This document shows positions 55,101 through 64,000 of a DNA stretch of 64,000 bases, piece after piece; the first letter of the stretch is position 1, and every line of letters begins with the position of its first letter. This DNA comes from Callorhinchus milii (lineage: Eukaryota), in the NCBI RefSeq assembly GCF_018977255.1, contig NW_024704747.1:22444001-22508000 (forward strand). Reading direction: 5' to 3'. A program made the translations under genes and the position numbers. The notes below the pieces were generated by a model. It was not told where the DNA came from. It ran no database searches and saw only the letters and a program-made list of their open reading frames with translations.

Positions 55101-58100
55101 GATTGCCTTTGTACCATCTAAAGGGCAATAATATTCTTCCAAAGGTTAGCGAAACCAGACCTACAGAGAGTGCTCTGGGTAGAATCTGATCGCAATATGA
55201 TTTGCACTTTTTTTTATTAATGAAACCCAGTATCTTATTCACTTTATGAAAGCCAAAAATTTAACCAGTTGTTTATTGTTTACATATGTATCCAAAGTAA
55301 TGTCCAGATCTTTTTCCTAATCAGCGTTGTATACCCGTTTCTTTGCTCAATTACTATACTAATGCTTTACATTCATCTGCATTAAGCTATACCTGCCATC
55401 TTTATTCCAGTTACACAGGAAGAATGCATGAGAAAAAAAAGTTCATTCCTTCTGCAGGCATGCAAAACAGATCATATTTCCACCCAATATGTCCTTGGGA
55501 AAGTTCTGTATGTACGGATAATCCCAGGTAATAACCATAGATCATGCAGCAAATATTACAAACAATTCTGTAATCTCTCTGATGCCCTTTTCCTCCACAA
55601 ACAACACTTTCCCCCATTGTGTCCCATAGCGTTCCCTCAACTCAGTCTGCACCAATTCCATACTGCTGACAAAACATAATTATTCCGTTCTTTTGTGCAG
55701 CAGATAATCAACTAAGTATCTATCACTAATTGCTTTTGTTGGGTCGGATCTGCTTCCAATTTCTGGTCTTACAGAAAGAGTTTTATTTAAACCACTGTCG
55801 TTTCTTGTTCTGCTCTCATGGTAAAAATTAAACGGCCTGCTTACATCTTTGTATGCCTCATTATTTGCTCTGCCTCCTACATCTACAAACTTGAACACTA
55901 TCCTTGCAATGATCTGATTTATGTCACTGGTCTATATTAAAGCAGCAACGACTCAAGATGAACCCTGCAACACTTTGCTTACAACCTCTTTCCATCTGAA
56001 ATGCTCCTAAAACAATTTCCTGATTTTCCCATTTATATAACTAGTTCCATACTTTGACAATTATTCCAAGAATCCTAACAGCTATCAATTGCCAATGTGG
56101 AATGTTCTCAAGCATTGAAGATCTTACTTAATTTTCTTGAAAGCTTTAATCAGGTCACTTGATTAACCTCCTGTAACACTGACCGCGTTACTTTTTTGAT
56201 TCCATTCTGCAAACCTGCTCCATGTGCAATAGCTTCGTTATAAAAATATTCAATGTTTCACTCTGTCTTGCTCTTTTCCATGTACATTAGAAAAACACTG
56301 ATCAGCTGTAAATGTGCTCATTCCTAGTTGAGTTGCAGCCATCAGGCCAGTACCACTCTGGACTAATTGGCAATCCAAACTCTCTATAAATCCAAGCGGC
56401 ACAATCCAACTGTTGTTGAGGTACCTCTTACTTCTGGGCAGCTTTCACATGCTACAAAGTTTATAGGATACATGAGTTATCCAGAAACATGTTGCATATT
56501 TTTTACCTTTAGAGCTCATCTTAGCTGACTGAGTCAAAGTTAAATTATGTGACTACTTTAAAAATAAGAAATACAATGTCAATGTGTAAAGTTTATCCGA
56601 GCACAAACTATTGAAGATGAAAACAAGGCTGAAAACTTAGATAATATTAATATTTAAGAATAAGGCTAATATTGGTGACTGAATGCTTACTAAATTTCTT
56701 TAAATTTTAAGTTAAAGCGAATCAGCTGAAAGAATAAATCTAGCTATTTGAGGCAGGTAATTTATGTCAGTATCTGAAAAGTAACAAAAAATAGAAATTG
56801 TAGAAAAAATGGAATGTAGGCTATTTAGCTGAATGCTTTCTCAAAAAAAACCTAAAATCGTCACCAAGAAACCATTTTTTAAAATTTATTGCTAATCATG
56901 CTTGAATTAAAAGTCAAAATGCAGTCGGACTGAAATGCAAAGTACTGAATGTTGTTTAGCATGCATTCTCCACATCCTGTTATAAGTTTTCATTTTACAA
57001 TAAAAGTCATATTTATCTTACCTTTGTCCATCCACTGTGCACAAAGACACGCCCCACAAATCTGGGCTAAATTTAGCCAACTGTGGAATATAATCAGCAA
57101 CCTTGGGGTTAAAAAAAAAAGAAGAATCAGTTACCCAGGGATGCCTCATTAAAGATTACCTTCTTCTACGTACTTTACTATGTAAATGAACTAGCTTTTC
57201 ATTATTTTTGACTTTTGCTTAAAAGACAAAATACAATTTGGAATTTTAAAGCTTTGGCTACTACACAGTTTTATAGAAATAGTACCATGTCATTTGAAAA
57301 CAGTTCTTAGCCAACTAATGTTTGCATCACTATTCGGTTTATACTGTAACAAGGGCCAATTTCTAGGGCCTCAAACAAAACTGATATGAGGTTATTTTTC
57401 TTTCAAGGTAAAGTTAGAAGTCAATTATTTGTAGTTTGCGAATATATACAAATCCAATAAATATGCTTATAATAGATAATTCCAGATGGACTAGAACTTC
57501 AAAGTACTTATTGCATAACAAATTGTTATCTCAGGCAGATATCGATGTATTTTAAATGTTTTGGGCAAGACTTCGATAGTAATACATAATTACTTTGAAT
57601 CTGTTGAATAATAACCTAAGCAAAAGTGATTAATTTATTTTTTGTTGATGGAGGAAGCAGAACATTTATTTTTACAAACTTTGCACAGGGGTAACAATAA
57701 AAAAGCAATTCTAAGTTTAAAGAAATGAATCGGTTGCTAGTCACTTCACTATAATACTGTGTGGGCCAAATGTAATTCAGTGTAATGATAGACGCTATCT
57801 AAATATATTTTTTAATGTAGATAATGGAGACTCAAACATGCAACCTTTTAAACTTACAAGTGTAGTAATGTCTATTTTAGGCCCAAGATTTATGAAAAAA
57901 AAGTTTTTAAAAAGGTGGTCAACTAGAAATGTTGGGAAGGATAGAACCCAGAATCTACAGGAAAAACTTGCTTGTGGTTTTCTCACTGGGCCCAAATCGA
58001 ACAATATACAGTTGTTTTTTTTTAGCATTTTAGTAAGTGGTGTGGTGCTGCTGAATGATGATTTAATTTTAAATAGTTGAACTATTAAATTTCAACTAGT

Positions 58101-60279
58101 CAGAGATAGATAGCTCACTGAAAGCAATTTATTCTTCACCAAAGCAAAGTGGGTGTAGCTCTTGTAAGCAAAGATACAGTTTCAATGGTGTTGGAAATGG
58201 TTCGTTATGATTTTTTAAAAATAGTTTTGCTACAAAACAAAGCAAGCCAATAAAAAAAACTAGAACAGAAAAGAAATAGCTACAAAAGAAATCCAAATAA
58301 AATTGTGTTTCAAGACAGATGCTTTACCTTTCTTCCAGAATGCTTTACCTTTCCTCCTGAAGTCTTTTTGGCGGTTTCATGAAGACTATCTATGTGGGAA
58401 GTAAATATCTCAAAGTCTGGAATGACAAACTTCCTCCTAAAAGCTTGAGTGAGCAAGACAATGTTACTTCCTACACACCTGAAATACAAATGCAAATTTG
58501 TCAAAAGTTTGAATTACATTGGTAAAGTCATTTGAAGCTCTCAATGTCTATCTACATTAATCATAACATTAACAAAGTTTAACACAAATGAATGTTATAG
58601 TGGAAATGTCCTTTGTTACTAAATAGTAAATCCTACATGCATGCATTTGGAAACTTTGTCTTAAATATGTACCTTGTGGCAACACCACTATCCATTAAAA
58701 ATATTTAAGAAAAGTAGGTTTAAAAAAATAAATTGTGTGAGGGCAGGTTATACCGGGGCAAATAGTCAACGCATGGTCATTCATTGAGATGACAATTTAC
58801 TGGCAGGCACAAATGGTAATGTGCAGGAGATGCTACTTTACAATTCATACCAAATGGAAGTAGAGGAAAAAGGTCAAGTTGTAAAACCCAAGCTCAGTCA
58901 CGGACTACCTTCAAATAGAAGAAAATGTATAAAAATAAACCTCAGATCAATTTCCATTGGAAAGCAGGCCAGAGTGTTGTAGATATGTTCCGCTTTTAGT
59001 CAGAACAAAATATCACGAGTTCACAGAAGCATACCCGGTCAAAGACAGGTCAGACGACGACAATGTAAACTGGAGAGATGCATCAAATGCAAACTTGTAT
59101 TGTGGCAGCAAAGTACAGTACTTTTAAAAAATTTAGGTTTGCTAACTGTTCTTAGTTAATTATGAATATTTTAAAAATCTATAAATGTATTCAAAAACTA
59201 TATATTGCATCGAACACAGTGCACTTTAATAAACTCACATTTTTCATTTTGGGGAAATACAAGTCATACTTTACTTTTTAAAAAGTTCTTTGTCCAACAT
59301 AACTCCTTCAGAAGCTGACTGGACATTTGTCCTAAGCATGTCCATACATTCCTTCAGTCGAGGATCAGATGTTCTCAGCCCTGTGGTCTTGAGAACCTAT
59401 TCAAAAGAAAGTAAATCAGGGCAATATTAAGGCATTGAGCTAATTAAGTTTTGGACCATGTTCAATTTACAGGATTAAAACAAATACAAGCAGCCTGGGC
59501 CTTTCAATTCTGACGTTATCCAATCTGTGCCAAATTTTGGGAAATTCAGTCAAAGGCCGAGGCAGAAAATGGAAAAATCCAAATAGACTTACTTCATAAA
59601 TCATTCAAACTGGTGCAGAAAAGAATTGCTCTTTTAAGATAAAAGCTGCAGCACACATGAAAATGAATTATTCAACCCTTAAAATATTCTGAATAATCGT
59701 CCCGCTCTGCCCCAGGGCCTTAATTTCAAAGAGTAGCGTCTGCATTGAGTAAAGTATTTTAGAGGAAAATAAATATTTTTAACATGCTTCCTCCAGATAA
59801 AAACATCAACTCAGTTTTACCTAATTACATAAACCCCACCCCAAACATTAGCTCTTGCAGCCAGAAATAGCCAGATTTATCGAGTAAATCAGTCGGTCTG
59901 CCATATGGTGAGCAGAGATCAGCATTCTTTCCTGTATACAGCGTCAGGAGTCAAAATCAAATAAAAGGTTTCTCCTCTATTCTTGCCAACCTCAGTATTA
60001 TTCCCTTTTTAATATAGATGAGACATTTCTCAATAGCTTAACAGATATTTGCTGGTGAGTTTCCAGTTTTAAGTGACTTCTATAAAGTAATGCCATTACT
60101 GTACTATACCAGTGATTCTACATCACCGAGTTTAAGAGTTCTGAATGGCTAAAAGCATAATATTAGTCATCGTACTTACAGTGATGAACTTGTGAATTGG
60201 AATCCTTTCTTGACCTTCAGCGATTGTGTAAAAAAGTAGATCTTCCAGGCTAGGCAGAAGTCCAGGTTTTTGCCTTTGC
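28519..60279 (-). CDS. GLS: Glutaminase, kidney type (GLS), KGA isoform, 5'-partial (exons 2-14 and 16-19; exon 1 outside window)
   Basis: Minus-strand exons: 60180-60279, 59275-59396, 58349-58478, 57022-57101, 51056-51219, 50081-50139, 49731-49763, 49554-49612, 49228-49294, 48625-48675, 47570-47746, 46225-46356, 45442-45534, 31130-31191, 29841-29917, 29670-29733, 28519-28672. Contains catalytic [13 protein letters not shown] and KSGVSGG motifs and C-terminal ankyrin repeats. The GAC exon and STAT1 synteny indicate GLS rather than GLS2. Confidence 0.96.
29670..29733 (-). CDS. GLS: GLS exon 18 (KGA)
   Basis: [22 protein letters not shown]; 64 nt; donor gtgagt. Confidence 0.95.
29841..29917 (-). 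CDS. GLS: GLS exon 17 (KGA)
   Basis: [26 protein letters not shown]; 77 nt. Confidence 0.95.
31130..31191 (-). CDS. GLS: GLS exon 16 (KGA, ankyrin)
   Basis: [21 protein letters not shown]; 62 nt. Confidence 0.95.
31380..31700 (-). mobile_element. Degenerate L2 RT fragment
   Basis: G-rich plus strand resembling 8800-9000 (ggagctgggaaggccggc, agatagtg...gacaatgctgc). Confidence 0.5.
33700..34235 (+). mobile_element. Deleted L2-type LINE 3' fragment
   Basis: ctgtcctgacag...gacatcaagtcctggatgag (as at 21620-21662) joined to [10 protein letters not shown] and the family tail at 34175-34235. Confidence 0.8.
35225..35365 (+). repeat. Penelope-associated repeat tail, decayed
   Basis: gacgctgcctgacctgctgagtgttcccagc...agatttccagcatcggcagtattttgcttt resembles an abundant chondrichthyan repeat (recalled, not searched). 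Confidence 0.5.
37365..37790 (+). mobile_element. DeuSINE-type element (tRNA head, Deu domain, L2 tail)
   Basis: tggctcagtg...gggtttgaatctc head; gcattgacggaggtgccgtcctttggatgagatgttaaaccaaggtcccgtc...aggtgga...gatccca...gtcctggcaaca is Deu-domain-like; same tail as the other SINEs. Confidence 0.7.
37800..38340 (+). mobile_element. Degenerate L2 3' fragment
   Basis: ctccagact...aagctgcaaatcattcagaactctg...ctccactggctc; tail gtaaagcacttt...acgtgaaaagcactatacaagtg. Confidence 0.65.
38980..42496 (-). other. GLS: Probable long 3' UTR of the GAC isoform
   Basis: AU-rich, repeat-poor stretch after the GAC stop; minus-strand AATAAA (plus TTTATT) at 39001-39006 and 40211-40216; the end is inferred. 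Confidence 0.55.
42497..42646 (-). CDS. GLS: GLS exon 15, GAC-specific terminal exon
   Basis: [49 protein letters not shown], closely resembling the human GAC tail ([24 protein letters not shown]...). Confidence 0.93.
   Translation of the reverse strand, partial: HTFGSMNYESLQQELALKEPLWKKVPSESNEEDSSTTIVYRMQSLSEGV
45442..45534 (-). CDS. GLS: GLS exon 14 (last common exon)
   Basis: [31 protein letters not shown]; 93 nt; phase-0 donor gtaagt. Confidence 0.95.
46225..46356 (-). CDS. GLS: GLS exon 13
   Basis: [44 protein letters not shown]; 132 nt. Confidence 0.96.
47107..47286. mobile_element. hAT (Charlie-like) MITE with 8-bp target-site duplication
   Basis: Imperfect TIRs CAGTGGTGACCAACCT and AGGTTAGCCACCATTC; identical flanking GTTTAGAC at 47099-47106 and 47287-47294. 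Confidence 0.75.
47570..47746 (-). CDS. GLS: GLS exon 12
   Basis: [59 protein letters not shown]; 177 nt. Confidence 0.96.
48625..48675 (-). CDS. GLS: GLS exon 11
   Basis: [17 protein letters not shown]; 51 nt; donor gtgagt. Confidence 0.94.
49228..49294 (-). CDS. GLS: GLS exon 10
   Basis: [22 protein letters not shown]; 67 nt. Confidence 0.95.
49554..49612 (-). CDS. GLS: GLS exon 9
   Basis: [20 protein letters not shown]; 59 nt. Confidence 0.94.
49731..49763 (-). CDS. GLS: GLS exon 8
   Basis: [11 protein letters not shown]; 33 nt; cagcag acceptor, gtaggt donor. Confidence 0.9.
50081..50139 (-). CDS. GLS: GLS exon 7
   Basis: [20 protein letters not shown]; 59 nt. Confidence 0.95.
51056..51219 (-). 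CDS. GLS: GLS exon 6 (catalytic SCVK)
   Basis: [54 protein letters not shown]; 164 nt. Confidence 0.96.
54006..54130. repeat. Inverted repeat / hairpin with 20-bp perfect arms
   Basis: GGCATTCAACATGCAGTTCA (54006-54025) and TGAACTGCATGTTGAATGCC (54111-54130). Confidence 0.85.
55020..56130 (-). mobile_element. Highly degenerate CR1-type LINE RT relic
   Basis: Minus-strand remnants resembling CR1 RT (NKILGFI, SVFKFVD., LGLSVH); many stops and frameshifts. Confidence 0.5.
57022..57101 (-). CDS. GLS: GLS exon 5
   Basis: [27 protein letters not shown]; 80 nt. Confidence 0.95.
58349..58478 (-). CDS. GLS: GLS exon 4
   Basis: [43 protein letters not shown]; 130 nt. Confidence 0.95.
59275..59396 (-). 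CDS. GLS: GLS exon 3
   Basis: [40 protein letters not shown]; 122 nt. Confidence 0.94.
60180..60279 (-). CDS. GLS: GLS exon 2
   Basis: [33 protein letters not shown]; ag/gtaagt. Confidence 0.94.
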
Positions 60280-63200
60280 CTAAAATGGTAATGGATATTT
60301 TGAGAAACCACAAAACAATAAGCACAACCATTATACAAAATTGTAATCAATTCTAAGATAAGATGAAAAGCAATACACAAATCACCAAGACAGTGTTTAC
60401 TACTTTGGATTTTACAACAGATCAAATCACACTGCCAGAAAGAACAGATACTTAATACAAGTACAAAAATACATAGTTGCTCTACAAATATTTTGTGCCT
60501 TATCCTTATTCCAAAAATTTAATTTTCTGTATAATTATCACTAAAACCCAAATAAATCAATCTCATAACTACGTAATAGAATGTGGGAGGTTTTCTTCAA
60601 CGCTCTTGTCTCGATTCAAGCCTGTTAATGTTAACTCAGATCCATAATTGGAGCCATAAGTTTTATTAAAATTAAACATAAACCTTAGATCAGCATTTTG
60701 AATGCATGCTACATGACTACTGAATTTGTTTATAAATTGTTTCGAAACTTATAATTAGAAAAAGTACATTACTTTCATCTTATGTAATACCTAGTATTGT
60801 GGAGTCATTCGTTTCTCAACTTGTGACCAATTCAAGAATGATAAAATGCAATAATATAATGACCTAGTCATTCCAATGTAATGACTTGATGTTTATGATT
60901 TAAAACAATGCAACAACAAAAAAATTCAGCAATTTACAAAACGTTATGTTTCTTGGTAATAATAAACCAAATTTAAAGCTTTCTAATACAAATTGCTCGT
61001 GCGTCTTTGTGATGTGAAGCTGCTGAAACAAGCCTCAATCATCAACACGATTAACAGGATCCTAGAAGACCACGTGTGTATTTTTGTGTGCTTCTTCAAG
61101 TTAGTCTACTTGTCCTTGTAAAATACGTTGATTTAATCTTACACCACAGTGAAGATATTATAATACAATAATCACAAGCACTACAACACCCATAACTTTC
61201 CACCGAGGCCAATTGTAGCCCCCCACCCCATCTGCTGACCAGCCAAGATCATTCTCCTACAAGTTACGGTCATATAACTTTGCAATATATCCTATGAAAC
61301 ATTCTGAGTCGTTCTCCCAACGTCTGAAAGTTGCTACATCAAATGCAAAGATACTATCATCACTAATAACTAACAGTACAGGTTAGTATTGAAATCTGCA
61401 AACATCTGGCAAATATGGCCTAATGCTAATGATAAAGAACATCAAATGTTTATATAATTTACTCTGATGACCTAAAGATGACATATTTTCATTAAAATTA
61501 AAAAGGAGTGATGTTATATTATTACTATAAAATAGGCTTTCATTTTGCTAATTGAATACACTTGAACTCTTCAGTTCAATGTATCAGATTGAATGATTTC
61601 AGCTTCTTTTATGAATTTAATTTACAATATCAACTCAATGAACTCCATTGTTGGGGGAAGTAAAATATGAGTAACTGGTCTAAATGTTACTGTGAAGAGG
61701 GATGGTTTCTAAGGATTAGAAACTCATTGATTATTTACATCCATTGATCAACCCATTCTTTGATGAACCCACAGTTCTACAGTGACCATCCAAATGTAAG
61801 AAGGTAGACTCATTGTACTGCAGGGATATAGGAATCCACGTGGCATAACTGCATGATTCTGTGTTGCTACACTGACACATTCTAAATATTAAAGGTTTGC
61901 CACAGAAAAGTCCAGCTGGGAGTTCACAAAGTAAAGAGAGAAACTATGAATTCAAAAACAAAGCCCAAGTATACATTCTGCACTGGGCTCAGAATGAATA
62001 TGGCACAAATGCATTGAAAATCAATGAATTATTCCAAATGGAAATGTCACAACATACAATGAGTGCAGCAAAAATGGAAAAAATATTTTACCCACATAGG
62101 GACAGAGGTACCAAAATGATATTGGTATATAATTCAAGAGTTAGATCTTAAATAGTTTGGAAAATCCTAAAATGCACGAATATACAGAATCAGAGCAAAT
62201 GTAAAAATTAACCTAAGACTAAGAGCTGGTGCAATTTCATTGGGATTATAATTCTCTACGATTCAGAAGCAGTGAGTGAGAAAAACAAGGAACCAGCTGT
62301 CACTATAATGGATGCTGACGTCCACATTATTCATGCTCTATGACCATAGTAATATCCAGACCCTAAAATAGTCAGTTTTACACCAACTAGTATAACAAAC
62401 ACTATGCAGATTTTCCTCATCGGTTCACTAACTCAATGCCAGCTTAACCTTCTCCCAAACAATGCCACAGAAAAATCAAAGTGACAATTCTGATTAATGT
62501 ATAATTGCTGCATTTTTCAATATCTATCCAAGGTCAACTCGCGAAAAAAAAATCAATGCATACGTCTAAATTGGACTGTAGTTATATAACCACTCATCTG
62601 CTGGCCAAAGATGGACAAAATCATGATGAGTGTCATTTTTTCTCAACAGAAGTAAATTTGGTCTACAAATTTCAATTAACAATAATGACAAAGAACATAA
62701 TTAAGAAAATAATCTATACAAAAGTGAGCTGACCCATGTTTTTGTGCTCGTCTTGTGGCACAAGTTATTTTTAAATTAGTACTCCTACACTAAGTTATTG
62801 GTAGCCGTGTAAGGAGCAGTAAGTTTGTTACCCGACCTACATGTCAAAATTTGAAGAAACACAAGCAAAATATTTACTTTTCTTATAATTACAATTCTGC
62901 ACTTAAAGGCAACTAAAAACACCTAAATAAACCCTGACCTGAAATTATATAACTAATATTACCTAAATGGCTACCAATGTTCAACAAACTTTCCCTCTTC
63001 ACTTTCTAGAATTTAAAACAAATAACTCATTGTGTAAATGGTTTTCATGCAATGTACTATTTCATATTTGCACTCTTAGTTTAATCTTACAATACGTACT
63101 TGTTACAACACAAGTTATAAATCAAGATCAGTTCTAAAGAAAGCTGTGAATAGTACCGGAATGTTATCCCTACCCCACAAACAAAAAATGACCCTATGCA

Positions 63201-64000
63201 TCCATTTGTAATTTGTTTTTAAAGTACTCTCAAAATGTCACAACCAAGCATTCAACAGAGCACAAGAAAAAATACTGTACCATTCCACATCCATTCACCT
63301 TTGCCTTTTCATTTTACAATGTATATGGTTTTCCAGTGTGAAACTGGCAAACGTATACCCAAAGTGGGGGAGAGGAAAGACAACTATTTAACCAGTATTT
63401 TCTTTTTTTAAAAAAATTAGTATCTGACTTTATCAAAGGTGACTTTCACCTCCTGCCAAAGCCACTTGGCTCCCTCACTGGAAAACAAAACTGAAAACAT
63501 TATTTATAGTAGTTACTTCAATGTCTATATTCAACTCATTGGAACAGAAATTGACAATAAAATATTGGAATTGCGGTCTTGTGACTACAAATATTTTTCA
63601 GTGGAATAAAAGGTTGAAATCAGTCTTAAATGCAACAGACACCCTGCTTCAGTTGCATATCTGGCATGCATCCCAATTTGTACAGTGCTGAACTGAAGCA
63701 AGGAGTGCGTCCTTCTTGAGTGTGAAAACATATCCATCATTTTGATACTTTATATGTCTATGCCCAGAGATTCATGTTAACTAAAAGTTCAAAACTAGCT
63801 CTACAGACAAATTATAGGGGGGTGGAAGAGAGAATTCATTTTTCCACACATCCATTACTACATTGGAAATGTTTCCACAAATACCGTTCTCCACAAAGTA
63901 GTAAAAAAACCTTAATATTTTACTGATTAAGTCAGCTGTTACTCTTAGGAGTTGGATAACTGTTAATGCTCAAACTCAAAATGAAAGGGGCATTCTTTTC

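Overview
This is vertebrate genomic DNA, most likely from a cartilaginous fish (holocephalan-like; inferred from the repeat families and compact introns, not proven). It holds two convergent, intron-containing genes in the arrangement known from human 2q32. The first is a complete STAT1 gene on the + strand, with a CpG-island promoter at about 1.1-3.0 kb carrying IRF-E/ISRE and GAS elements, 23 coding exons from 9752 to 25339, and a 752-aa product with Y701 and S727 in human register. The second is kidney-type glutaminase GLS on the - strand (exons 2-19, 60279 down to 28519; exon 1 lies beyond the window), with both GAC and KGA terminal exons. Introns contain L2/CR1 LINE fragments, a modular tRNA-derived SINE family sharing the L2 3' tail, a hAT MITE and older relics. 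There is no prokaryotic-type system, CRISPR array or true tRNA/rRNA gene. The strongest leads are: (1) loss of the STAT1 SUMO consensus (IKTE to IKTA at 702-705); (2) two extra exon candidates in the GLS isoform-switch region, one poison-type cassette and one third terminal exon; (3) a conserved STAT1-beta read-through stop; (4) a tandemly duplicated GLS splice donor; (5) SINE copies in the STAT1 promoter that drifted strongly toward GC; (6) an RT-less, internally deleted LINE derivative. All exon boundaries were read by eye and compared with human gene structure from memory.
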